In this document: piece by piece, positions 26,344 to 38,994 of the stretch
Numbering within the stretch: the stretch's first letter is position 1
Layout of the letters: each line of letters starts with the position of its first letter
Source of the DNA: the human T2T-CHM13v2.0 reference genome, Homo sapiens
Strand: one strand, 5' to 3'
Length of the DNA stretch: 64,000 nt
Assembly: GCF_009914755.1 (NCBI RefSeq)
Contig: NC_060937.1
Translations under genes and position numbers: made by a program
The notes under the pieces: generated by a model
What the model was told of the DNA's origin: nothing
Databases searched by the model: none
Seen by the model: only the letters and a program-made list of their open reading frames with translations

Positions 26344-28309
26344 TGGATGATGGGGACCCAGACTGTTCAGACCATCACTGTGGGCCTGCAGACTGAAGCC
26401 CTGCGTGGCAGGGGTGTCACCAGCAGCCCCCACAAGTGTCTCACGCCAAAGGCTGGGGGTGGTGCTACACCCATGTCTCTCCTTCCCGAAGACTTAGGAG
26501 CTGACAGGGGGCCCCTCCATCAAGAAGGTGCAGGCCAAGTTTGAACGCACATGCTGCTCCCCCAAGTACGTTTCTCCCAAGCTGCAGAGGGAGCCCCTCC
26601 CCAAAGCTGACCAGCCAAATAACAGGACGTCACCAGGGACAGCCCAGAAAGGGTACAGTGAGTCAGCCTGGGCCCGCTCCACCACCACCAGGGAGAGCCC
26701 CGTGCACACCACTATCAATGACGGCCTCTCCAGCCTCTTCAACATCATGGACCACGGCCCTGTGGTGCAGGACCCCTTCCAGAAGGGGATGCGGGCCGGC
26801 AGTCGGTCTTACTCAGCAGAACACCTACCAGAGCTGGGCCCAGGCCAGGAAAAGGCACCAATTCCCGAGAAAGGTCGCCTAGCCCCATTGGCGTGGGCTC
26901 AGAGATGTGCAGGGAGGAAGGGGGAGAGGGCACGCCAGCGAGGCAGGACTTACCCGCTCCCCGTGGCTACACACTGACTGAGAACGTGGCCCGGATCCTC
27001 AACAGGAAACTGCTGGAGCATGCCGTGAAGGAGGAGAGGAGGCAGGCTGCCCACGGGCCTCCGGGGCCCCACAGCGACAGCCACTCGCTGAGGGACACAG
27101 CCGAGCCAGGGGCCATGGAGGAACTACCTTGTTCTGCACTAGTTCCATCCCTAGAGACCTGCTTCTCCAGTTCCGAGAGGCCAGCAAACAGTCGCCCTCC
27201 GTCACGTTGGGCCCCATATTCCCCCGCTGCCTCACAACCTCAGTCACCCGGAGACCCGACGCCCTTGGAGCAGCACAGTGGCGAGGAGCCGTCCGAGGAG
27301 AAGCCACATCATGATGCAAGCTTGCATGGATTATCACAGTATAATTCACTGTCTTTTGCACAACCACACCATCGCCATGAACGAAACTCTGCCCAAAAGG
27401 AGAGATCTAGTTTTCTCAAGGTCAAAGAATGTTTTTTTAAAAAACACACAGCTGCTGAATGTTCAACCTGTGAAACTGAGATGTTTCTAAAATGACACAG
27501 TAAATGTGACTCAGAAATAAGTAAATAAATAGCTCAGAAAACTATTTTTGTCTCCATCTTTTTTTTTACACACAGTATATTAAACAAAAAGGTAAATAAG
27601 GTATAACTAGATTTAAAAAATAAAAGTTTAAAAAATGTACACTTTAAGAGATTCTGGTCACCCTCGCTGTGAATACCTGACTACCTCTCTGTTAAATTTG
27701 CACCTTTACATTTTGGTTCGGTTTATTTCTATGTTGAATTAGAGTGGATTAAGTTAATTTTCTTTTGTCAGTGTTACTGTTTTTTAAGAATTTTTAAAGC
27801 TTCAAACTATCTGCTTCAGTGAACTTTTTGCAGTGAAAAAGCCATGAAGCCAGTAGACAAGACAGATATTCTGTATACTGAGGGCATACAGGACATCTTT
27901 GAAAAGGTACAAAGTCCTCATAGGGCTTAGAAAATTCACTGTATGATCCATATATTATCCTACTTGGCTTGCACATCTTCCAGTGCAGGTATATACTGCT
28001 ACTGTGTCCTCGCCATCACCTAAATGTGACTCAGTCTGTTCCACTGTAATACGTTATGAATTTCCTTGTACTGTACTTTTATTGTTGGTCTTCTTGCATC
28101 GAAGATACAACAGCAACAACATTTTTAAATTATTTGTGAAAAGATTAACTGGCAATGTACAGAGTTTACTCAAAATGTTCTTGTTTAAGGGAAAACACTA
28201 CGAAAAGTCACGAGGATACCAAATGGAAACACATGATGGTGGCTCTGAGTCTGTATGAGATTGTGATGAATTAGAAATAAAGCCTTTCTGAGATGGTGAA
28301 AAAAAAAAA
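26344..28309 (+). pseudogene. MTCL1P1: 5'-truncated processed pseudogene of MTCL1 (microtubule crosslinking factor 1 / SOGA2): C-terminal ~335 codons plus ~950 bp of 3'UTR
   Basis: Three successive frames translate to the MTCL1 C-terminus: [20 protein letters not shown]..., [14 protein letters not shown]...[28 protein letters not shown]... and [19 protein letters not shown].... Frameshifts lie near 26479, 26516 and 26852, with a TGA near 26502 in the parental frame. No introns; AATAAA at 28276-28281; A11 at 28299-28309. A 15-bp TSD with 2 mismatches ('aaaaaagagaagtga' 26329-26343, 'aaaaaagagtggtga' 28304-28318) sits at a TT/AAAA site. The parent gene is recognised from the protein sequence; the P1 symbol is from recollection. 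Confidence 0.92.
28276..28281 (+). terminator. Polyadenylation signal inherited from the MTCL1 mRNA
   Basis: AATAAA ends 17 nt upstream of the poly(A) run. Confidence 0.85.
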
Positions 28310-29119
28310 GAGTGGTGAAACAAGCCATTCTCTGAATCAATGATATCAATTAGCATCCTACTAAGTGCATGATAGGATCTAGATTTTTTTTTTCAAAATT
28401 ACTTCAAACAAACCAAAATGCTGAGTTGACACTGTTATCTAAACCTAAATGGTTAACTGTTAATATTAGCTTAAAATTTAATTTAGGGTACTAAGCCCAT
28501 GAATATTTATCTATGTTGTTAAGACATATGCATACAAGTTACACTTTTTTTAGTAACCAAAATGTATTAAAATAAGAAAAATATTATACTATGTTCAGGA
28601 ATCTCTGAGTATATCGTTATTTGCTCATTCAATGGGCCTTCCAATTGTGTTTTACATAATCATCAATAATAATGGATTTAAGCAGCAGGGGAAAATAAAA
28701 ATCCCAGTCAAGATCAATAGAGTAAGTAATTATGTATGTAAGAGAATATGGAGCACGTTAGCCCTCAAAGCTAAGTTCCATGAAAGGAACTTATTCTTCT
28801 TAGTTAACCAAGGAAAATATAATATACAAAATATATAGATACTAGTAGCTCTAATGTTAACGTTTTAAATATATGAACTTAATTCTACCAAGGCAGAATG
28901 CTAAAGCCATAAGCTACCTTCAAGGTTGAATTACATACAGCCTCTGCAGCTTATTGAAACAATCTAAATTTTAATTTATTATACATGAGTACATTTACAT
29001 CAAAAGCATAATGTTACTTTTCAAATTCACATTTAGATGAAAATAAGAGATTCAAAAAGCAGAATAAAGACATTGTGCTTTCTTCTTCTCCCTTGAAATC
29101 TACTAAAAACAACAAAAAA

Positions 29120-30310
29120 TTACATAACACAAAAATAGCCAGTTGTACAAATATACTCCATATATGATATCAGCAACATTAATAAAGTACCTAAGAATAA
29201 ACTAAATATGAAATGTCTAAGCCTTCATTGCAAAAACTATACATCTTTACTGACAAAGAAGACTGAAGTCCTGACTGCACATAAGAATATTAAAAACTTG
29301 GAACCAACCCAAATGCTCATTAATGATAGACTGGATAAAGAAAATGTGGCACATGTCATCATGGAATACTATGCAGCCATAAAAAGGATGAGTTTGTGTC
29401 CTTTTCAGGGACATGGATGAAGCTGGAAACCCTCACTCTCAGCAAACTAACATAGGAACAGAAAACCAAACATGCCATGTTCTCTCATAAGTGGGAGTTG
29501 AACAATGAGAACACATGGACACAGTGGGGGAACATCACACATTGGGACCTGTTGGGGGATGGGGGGCCGGAGGAGGGATAGCATTTGGAAAAACACCTAA
29601 TGTAGATGACGGGTTGATGGGTGCAGCAAACCACCATGGCACATGTATACCTATGTAACAAACCTGTGCATTCTGCACATGTATCCCAGAACTTAAAGTA
29701 TAATTTTAAAAAAAGAATATTAAAAAATATAGAAATGAGAATTGACTAATTAATCTATTAAGTCAATGTCTTTCCAAACTAAATCTAGGAATTTTTTATA
29801 TCAATTGACACTATGAGTCTTAAAATTACATTACTTTAAAATTTTAAAAAAATAAAAATCAAATAAAAACATGTATACTATATTTCAGGCAAATTACAGA
29901 TATATCATATTAAAAATACAATAATTATGTAAGAATGGGCATCATTATAATAAATAGAGCATAGACATTGATATATGGGTGAACTGGAATTTGGTATGTG
30001 ATAAAGATATTATTTCAAACCAAATGTGAAAGAATGGACAATGAGTGAGGTTAGATTAGTTGGATATTTATTTAACAAAATAAATACTAATCACAAAACC
30101 TGCTTCATATCTCACTCAGTAATGAACTCTAAATGTTTTAAAAATTAAATATATAAAACTATAATTTTTTTTTAAAATATAGTAGAATATATGTATAACC
30201 ACAGGTTGAGGGATGCCTTTTTAAGTCTTCTCAACCCCTTAAAAAAACAAACAAAAAAATTATGAATATGAGGACATCAACACAGAAACAGATAAATGGG
30301 CAAATAAGTA
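29120..30310 (+). mobile_element. Ancient L1M ORF2 remnant, split by a younger L1PA
   Basis: 'aaagtacctaagaataaactaa...aaaaactatacatctttactgacaaa' resembles ORF2 KYLGINL...ENYKTLL; similar decayed ORF2 sequence resumes after 29726. Confidence 0.6.
29297..29712 (+). mobile_element. L1PA7/8-like 3' fragment
   Basis: 'ttggaaccaacccaaatg...gtagatgacgggttgatgggtgcagcaaaccaccatggc...gtatcccagaacttaaagtataa'; perfect 14-bp TSD 'aagaatattaaaaa' at 29283-29296 and 29713-29726. Confidence 0.95.
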
Positions 30311-30479
30311 GGAAAGAACAAATGAACCAATAGAAGGAAAGAAAAAAAGAACAGTAGGGGCAACACCCTGCTCTTGTTCTTACTGATGTTTCTTCCATTA
30401 ACCATGCTCTAGCCAAGACATCTGTGCTACTGGACCCCAATTCTAGAATTCTGTTCACTCAGATATTCTCGTGAATATG

Positions 30480-30776
30480 TTTTATATTTCAATCTTTTTT
30501 CTGCTCTAAGCTAATATTCAAAGAGAGATCTTCCCTGATTACCCCATCTAAAATATCATTCTTGTTTTTTTCTTTTTAATCCCCTATCCAATTTTCTTTT
30601 ATTGTCTGGAACTTTACTTGTGTTGTTATATAATTATTTATTTATAATTGTCTTCCATATTAGAATATGGGACTCACTAAAGCATGGTTCTTATGTTGTT
30701 CTCCACCATATCCCAGAATCCTAGATTTCCTGGCATATAGTAGGCCCTTTGCATACTTGTTGAATGAATGAATAAA
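30480..30776 (+). mobile_element. L2 3' end
   Basis: 'cttccctgattaccccatctaaaat...cctggcatatagtaggccc...ttgttgaatgaatgaataaa'. Confidence 0.8.
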
Positions 30777-33085
30777 AGAGAAATGACTAAAACATGACAT
30801 ATAAGAACATTTGACAAAATGGCATGCATAATTGTGTGCGTAATAATATTTCCCTTCTCTTTCACTTCCATTTCTTGCTCTTCAGGAAGTTTTGGTCTAG
30901 TAGGTGAATAAGACAAATATACAAATAACCAAAAAATATATCCATCATTATATCACATTATATTTACTTCATCTTTCTAACTTTTAAGATCTGTTAATAA
31001 TCAATAACATAAAGAAAGTGTGTACTATTGTAAAGAGGGTACAATGTTCCTGCCGTTGTATTCTTTGATCATAAGAAAAAATAAATAAATTCAATTTGAG
31101 AACAAAGGCCAGAAAAACAACTTTTTCTAACTTTGCAATTTACACAAGCAGGTTTATTTTTTATTTTGTGCTAACTTCATGACACGTCTCAATGGGGAAA
31201 TTACAGACACTGCAGGAATGAAAAGTAAACTCCATCCTTAACCTCTTTCCACATCCCATTAGCGGATAGCATACTAACTGTACATGTTCTAGGCAAGAAA
31301 CTTAACAGAATGAGAATTATTTACAAATAAATCTATATTTCTCTTGCTAATAACAAACACCATGCTATGAATATCTGGTGATAATATACTAATAAGAAAA
31401 ATCAATAAATTTACACTGACCATCAAAGTAATTGGTGCTGTAGAGTAGAAAATGATGTATCGTGCATTGATCGTTTAGTAATTTTCTAACTAAAAAGAAA
31501 AGAGGAAGCTAATTACTTTAGTAGGTGACTGAAAATAATAAGATTAAAACAAGCTAATTATATGTTCTTGAGTAATGACTTTCTTTGATGAAAGTAAATC
31601 AAGGAAAGGAATACTGTGATTTAGGCAAAGAAATATTCAATTTTACTAATTACAACATATTCTTGATCCATTTAACCACCCTTAACCCATTTTGAAGAAG
31701 CTTTAATGGAAACAGCAGACATTACTAAAGAGAAATACGTGACACATTTTTCCATAGCATGCAAGGAAAGCTGAAATTTCAAGATGTTTGTATTTGTGAA
31801 ATTGAAATTTAAGAAATTACGGGGTAAAATGGCAAAAATCAGTTTAATTGCCTTTCTTTTACCAGTGTCAATAGTTTAAAAGAAAAGTAGTCAATGAAAG
31901 TGGAAGTTATTCATATCTAGAAACTACAAGGAAAGTATTAGATTCTAACAACAGAAAAAAGTGTTTACAAAATGTCATGTAAGAAATATGTAAAAAGTAA
32001 GAAATATAATCCAATCAACTTATTAGTTTTGTGAAAGCTCAATTTCAAAAAAAATTGAAAAAAATTGTAACCCAAGTGTTATGAGTTATATATCCAAGTA
32101 TCTTTGGATATTTCAGGGTTCATAGAATATGCTGACCTGAACTATTCAGCAGGAACTGAAATTACTGCCACGGGAGTAATTTTTTTTTCTGCTCTCTCTT
32201 TGCAACCAAGTTTCACTAACTTTAATTTACTCACAAATTTCTTAATTTTAGTAAATTACATAGTATTGTGACTAAGTCTTTAGTACCATTATGAAATTAT
32301 ATAATCTATATTAAAATTATTGGCAAAATACATTACATTTGTAAAATTAATTATATATTAATCTAAGCTATGAAAATAAAGAAAATCCCCTGGAATGGAT
32401 TAAGGTTGCAACTCAGCAATGGTAAGTTAAGCTTTATTTTCTTCATAGTATAAGTTTTAGAGAATTAAATAATCTAAACTCCCATATATTACATTATGTG
32501 AATTTAATAAAGGTCTCTGAAGAAGGTAATATACACACACAAATTGTGAACTCGTACTTATCAGAGAAATTCAGCTTGCATACGGATAAAATGAATCTCA
32601 GCAAAAAAAGAGGAGCTTGTGACTGATGCATGGGAACTGGGACACCGAAATTATTTTTTCCAAACAAGACATGAAATGAAGGTAGCCCTCAATTTTCTGT
32701 AGAAAAACGCTCTTTTAATCTTAACATTCAACAAACATTCATGCAGTACCCTGATAGAATAGTGCTGGAGATACCAAGAAAAGGAGCAACAATTCTTTAT
32801 GTCTGGTAGTTTATACTCCAGTGGTGATGACAGAAATTGAGAGAGAATTAAAATGTTGGGTGGAGAATGGGTGTTACAACAGAGTTATTTACAGGTTATT
32901 ATGGAAGCCAGTTGTCATGTTATCCAATTTACCAGAGAGGGTCCCTGAGGATAATAGAGGTCACAAAGTTTGGCTTAAATATCCTCTACCTGTGAGTTAT
33001 GTGCTATTAGTATTTGTGTGTTAAGGTGTATAAAGTGGGTCACAAGATCCAACTCTGGAGCAGAGTTTTTAAGTTAAGAAAAAAA

Positions 33086-33107
33086 TAGATACATAGATTG
33101 ATAGAAG

Positions 33108-33142
<35 letters not shown>
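33086..33142. repeat. (GATA)n tetranucleotide microsatellite
   Basis: Perfect GATA run at about 33108-33142 with degenerate units upstream. Confidence 0.95.
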
Positions 33143-33904
33143 TTAATATAGATTTAACATAATATATAATTAAATCAAATTTTTACCTGGCTTGTTATTT
33201 ATTTGTTATTTGTTCATTCATTATCTTTTTTCTTTCTTTCTTTACTTGACTGGGTCAAGTAAATTTGTAAGTAAGTTAAATTTGGTGCTTATCTGTAATA
33301 ACTGCACAATAACTTACAAAATGAATTTTTGTGTAATATACTTTATCTTCTTCTCATTTTCCCTGTATACTAACTTTTAAAAATAGATATTCACTAGAAG
33401 TCATGTGTAATATTTTAAGTACATTTTGGAATAAGACAGAAAATAATTGGTACATAAAGAGTTATTTTTATTATTAGCGAATCATGTTCTAAACACCCAA
33501 CCAGATTATTTCACAACAAGTCCTGAAATTTTGCAGATGCAGTAGAACGATGTCTGAAGAGGAACAGTTTGTGATTTTAGAACCAAAGTTTAACAGATTA
33601 GTAATCATAGACAGAGATATTTTTTAATGGATAGAGATAAAAATCAATAAGACAATGAACATTCCTTAGAGACAATTTAAAATACTTTGAAATTTCATTC
33701 ATTCATAATAGGTTTGAAATATTATCTCTCTTATTGCAGTTATGAGGAAAATTTTATTATTAGTTATATTACTTTATAAGGCCTTTGGTTTGGGAAAAGA
33801 TATTTTAATGTGTTTTGTAATTTCAACGTCCAAATACTTGAAAAAACATTAGGACATAAAAAATTAAAGTAATTCAACTCACATCTAATCACTCCATATT
33901 ATAG

Positions 33905-34084
33905 TCATGGGGGCTCCAGAATCAGCAGCAGAGCTTGTTAAAAAGGTGGATTTCTGCCTCTTCCACTGCCCTCTTGTGATTTCTATTCAGTAGGTCTGAG
34001 ACGGGAACTGCCATCATTTGTTGGATAACTCCTGAGTGATATGAGGCAGGTGGCCCACATTGCTTACCTTGAGAAATCATGCTA
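33905..34084. mobile_element. MER5-type hAT-Charlie DNA transposon
   Basis: 'agaatcagcagcagagcttgttaaaaa...attcagtaggtctgagacgggaac...ttgagaaatcatgct'. Confidence 0.7.
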
Positions 34085-34119
34085 TGAAGAGAGCCTCAAC
34101 AGTTCTGGGGGAAGGCTTT

Positions 34120-34300
34120 CATTTTTCGCATTTTACAGATTGGGCAGTGGGTTCATAGTGGTAAGTTCCGCTATGGTATAAGTTCCAACACTTAATACCA
34201 ACTAAGTGTTGGAACTCTAGAGTTCTAAATGCGATAATCACAGTCCACATGAACAAAATGTTTTACAGCATGGCTTGAATTTGATATCTGGATCTTATAT
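34120..34300 (-). mobile_element. MIR fragment with an inserted palindromic segment
   Basis: 'cattttacagattgggcagtgggttcatagtggtaagtt'... resuming at 'ggcttgaatttgatatctgg'. Confidence 0.5.
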
Positions 34301-35329
34301 TTTTATATAGTCCCTTCTGAAGACATCTAACACTTGCTCACATCTTTCAAAATGATTTACAAGCTTTTCTGGTACACAATAACAGCCTGTTTTTGTGTGT
34401 CACTTGCTTTTAGATTGCAAGTTTTTTGTGTCACTTGCTTTCAGATTTGTTTTTCTCCCTTTATGCTGAGTGGTATCTTACTTGTTTTCAGCACTGGCCA
34501 GAAAATCTGCACATAATGAAAATATATATTTGATCATCACTGAGCTATTGACAACACTAGATTGTGAGTGTTTTAAAAACTTATTGCTGCAATACAACAC
34601 AGGTAACTTTCTTCATCTGCTTTCATTCCTCAGCTTCTGTAATAACAATCAGTTTTTCTGCAGGTGGAAATGCCTTTTAGTTTGCATAATTCTGTACTGC
34701 AATATTGTACCATATTGAAATATGATGAAACTTTTGTTTAAGATGAATAAGTGATAAAATGTTTTACAGAATTTATTTTTTCCAATGTTGCCGTAATGCT
34801 CTGTTACAAAAACAAATAATGAAAAACATCATCATTAACACTCAAAAAAGAACCATAAGGTTAACATGTTTGCTTTTACTGTAATATACTGTATATGATT
34901 TGACATTATAACAGTAAAAAGCAAATGAAAACTAAAATAATGAAGAGCTTTTCTCAACTCTCATTGAGAACACAAAACAAAACAAAACAGAAACTTGAAT
35001 AGCACCTTGACTAAAATTGCTTACTTTGTTCTCAAATTAATTTTCTAAAGTAGGCTTATAAACAACCGAAAAGATATGGTCAGTACATAGACTTCCATAA
35101 TGTTTCTTATGGATATCTCTCTAATACATTTTATGGTAAAAACAAATATTTGAAGGTATATATTCCCATTTTCAGACACAGTGTAGAGTTACATTTTGTC
35201 ATAGTGTAGTTACTAAATTTCAGAAACCCTTTCTCCACAAGCGGAAATGGGAGAAAAAAGTCAAATAAGGATCCAGCAATAAATATTGCTGGTACAATAG
35301 AGAAAATTAAGGTAAACAAACTTTTAAAA

Positions 35330-35600
35330 CTAAATGACCGAATGACTAAACAGTGACTAGGGAGTTAGTGACTACCTTAGCACCACAGTTGCATGTGGCC
35401 TGTGGGATAGCTCTCAGGCTTGTTTTACATATTTCCAAAGATCCCACAGGATTAAACTCCATTTGCCTTCAGTATTAACTTGCTTAACAGCACACAGTTT
35501 ATTTCCTCGCATAACTTCCCTCTCCCACTTTTCCTCTCTACTACTAGTTTTATCTAAATCTCATCTCAAGATCTGCTTCTAGAAAACCCTACATAAGACA
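35330..35600 (+). mobile_element. ERVL LTR fragment (LTR16-like)
   Basis: Ends 'aaatctcatctcaagatctgcttctagaaaaccctacataagaca', the same terminus as the element at 20305 but in the opposite orientation. Confidence 0.55.
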
Positions 35601-36825
35601 AAGGATGAGAGGAACAGAAGTTGAAAAAATGAAGAAGGTATGAAAGATATATGCCTCTGCAAAAGATATAGAGATGTCAAAGGAGCATGATTCAAGCAAA
35701 TGCAAGTAATCGTCATAGCTGGGGATGAAGAGGTGTCTTGTGGTGCGATATGAAGCCAGAGAATTTTGGTAAAGACTGAATCGTGACATGCTTCATATTT
35801 GATACTAACGAATAGAGATTTTGTCAGACAATGAATAATTTTAATAATGAAAGATAAATATTTGATTTGTATTTTACAAATTATGAAAAAAAGTATACCT
35901 ATGATTGTGTCATACCTATGATTCATAGAATGGTGTAAGTGTAGCATAACAAGAGAACAGAATTTGTTTCTTTTTCCTTTTCTGTTTGCTCTCCCTGCTA
36001 CCACTGTGATACAGTTTGTCTCTATGAATAATTGACCAATATACCTCTCTATGGTCCAACAGTGTCAATAGAGAAAAATATATATGGAACATTTATATAT
36101 ATTTTTATAAAGTATTTGTTTTCATTTAAAATAATAAACCTTTTTCACCATATCCAAAGATTTGGGAATGTCTCACATATTCTTCTTCAATTTTGTCATT
36201 ATTTATGAACTTGCTAAGCCTAAAAACATAAAGGAATTGAGAGAAAACATATTTCTAAAATACATTTCATTATAATTAATTGGTTTTAGTAGGAAAAATG
36301 CTTTGAAATAACATGTTTTCAGTTCAGTGCAATACAGCAAACATATGGAAAGATGCTGACGTTGGAATATTGAATTTAAAAAGTTTATCACAGATTTCTA
36401 AGATATCACAACTGTGTGGGGGGATAATATAAATCTAATAAGGATGAAGAAAATTTCAATATGACAAAAGTGAAATAAAATTTTAGTTATTATACAGAAA
36501 GGATGGGCTGAAATTTCCCTTAAACTACCAGAGAGAGTATATATTAGGCAAAAGGCATAAAGTAAGAGGGCACCTGTTCTAATACGTCTAAAAGATAAAT
36601 ACAGAGTCCTTCCTCAGGGGCACCTTCCTAACCTTCAAGAGTTCAGGGTGGTGCCTGACTCATGTCTAAAATTGGGGAAAAGTCCATGAACGTCTAATAT
36701 AGTGTCTGAAGTCTTCTGTTTGCCAAAACCAGAAGTTTGTTTCTTTCCTTTTCTGTGGCCAATATATAAAGTGCTAGTACTTTGTCAAGTTTATTTGTGG
36801 TAATCCCATAATTCATGGGATATAA

Positions 36826-37165
<340 letters not shown>

Positions 37166-37779
37166 CCCAGAGATGTGATTTTTAAATTTACCCTGCTGCC
37201 ACCATACCAGGTAGTCTGTGACAAGTCTGTTCTTCCATTAACATTGGGGAAGCCATTTCAGTTCCATTTTATCAGTTGACATTCCTCTGGCATGTGAAAA
37301 CAGAGAGAAACTGTTCTAGAGGTTATCCCTTCAATCTATTTCTCATACGGAATTTAGCTCTTTTCTCTAGACTAATAATGAAATAAAAAGTCAAGTTTGG
37401 TTTAGAAATGTCTTTGGACAATAACGCAGCATTAGCTGAAAGCTAATAATATACCACTAGGCTTAAGAGTCTAGGTTCTGGAGCCTGTACTGACTAGTGG
37501 AGAGGGAAATTTTTAGATAACCATAACTTCCAATAGTGTATGTTGCTCTTAAATGATTTAAAAAGACAGGATTGGATAGAGCTATATACAGATTATTGAG
37601 TAGTGGCAAATATTTTACAATGATTGGTGAAAAGGAGGGTGGAGAAGTAATCTAAAGATAGATACTTTGGAATGGCTATCACATCTGAGATTATAGATCT
37701 CTACTGTAGATTCTCACACAAAGAAATGTACCAGAGACATCATACGTTTTTAAATAACCCAATGGTCAGGAAAAACAAA

Positions 37780-38728
37780 TTTTTAAATAACTTCAACTTT
37801 TATTTTAGATTCAGGGAGTACGTGTGCAGGTTTGTTACATGAGTATATTGCATAACACTGAGATTGGGGTACAAATGGTCACCACCCAGGTAGTGAGCAT
37901 AGCACCCACTAGGTAGTTTTTCAGCACTTTCCCTTCTCCATCACTTCTCCTTTTGGTAGTCCCAGTGTCTAATTTTTCTCATCTTTATATCCACATGTAC
38001 CCAATGCTTAGCTCCCACTTACAAGTCAGAACATGTGGTATTGGTTTTCTGTTTCTACATTAATTTGCTTAGGATGAATGGCATCCAGCTGCATCCATGT
38101 TGCTGCAAAGGACATGGTTTTATTCTTTTTTATGGATGCATAGTATTCCATGGTGTATATGTACCACATTTTCTTTATACAGTCTACCATTGATGGGCAT
38201 TTAGGTTGATTCCATGTCTTCACTATTGTGAATGGTGCTGCAATGAACATATGTGTGCATGTGTCTTTATAGTAGAATGATTTATGGCTGCATACTATCC
38301 CATGGTGTATATGTACCACACGTTCTTTATGCAGTCCACCATTGATGGGCACCTAGGTTGATTCCATGTCTTCGTTATTGTGAATGGTGCTGTGATGAAC
38401 ATACAAGTCCATGTCTTTGTTATTGTGAATGGTACTGTGATGAATATACAAGCGCATGGTAAAACTACTTATTTTCCTATGGGTACATACCCAGTAATGA
38501 GATTGCTGAGTTCAGTGGTAGTTCTGTTTTAATTTATTTGAGAAATCTCCAAACTGTTTTCCACAGTGGCTGAAAACATTCCCACCATCAGTATACATTT
38601 GTTCCCATTTCTTCACAGTCTACAATCTTGCCAAGTCTTGCCAGCATCTGTTGTTGTTTTTTTTTTTTTATTTTTAGTAATAGCCATTCTGCCTGGTATA
38701 AGATGGTTTCATTATGGCTTTGATTGCA
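37780..38728 (-). mobile_element. L1PA16/17-like 3' fragment with internal tandem duplications
   Basis: L1 3'UTR plus the ORF2 C-terminus (ORF 38026-38352 reads KDTCTHMFIAAPFTIVKTWNQPKCPSMVDCIKKMWYIYTMEYY); segment 38129-38280 recurs from 38281. Confidence 0.92.
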
Positions 38729-38994
38729 GAGTTGGGCTTGGTTAGTGCTTGGAGGGGAAGATAAACTATTTTAAGGGTGTTTGTAATTTGCCTTTTCTGC
38801 CAGCCTAGTGGTACCAAAAAATGACTTCATAAACAAAGCATCCATGGGTACAGGGATGAATATCATTAGTCAACAAATATTTGTTAAATTCCTGTCCTGT
38901 GCCAGACCTAGCTCTTGATTTTTATAACACAGTAATGAAACTACTAAAAAAGACAAAACAGCAAAGAATCTTATTCTTTTGAAAATTCTGTTAC

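Noticed and set aside
26600-27310. GC/CpG-rich block resembling a CpG-island promoter
   Set aside because: It is fully explained by retrocopied MTCL1 coding sequence, which shows apparent CpG decay.
26494-27367. Antisense and alternative-frame ORFs over the MTCL1 retrocopy
   Set aside because: They are shadow ORFs of GC-rich coding-derived sequence, with no independent homology that I recognise.
35579-36004. 141-aa minus-strand ORF
   Set aside because: It has a non-ATG start and F/I/L-rich composition driven by AT content, overlaps decayed L2/LTR sequence, and shows no recognisable domain.
38026-38352. 108-aa ORF with real protein similarity
   Set aside because: It is the C-terminal fragment of L1 ORF2p within a truncated L1, not a host gene.
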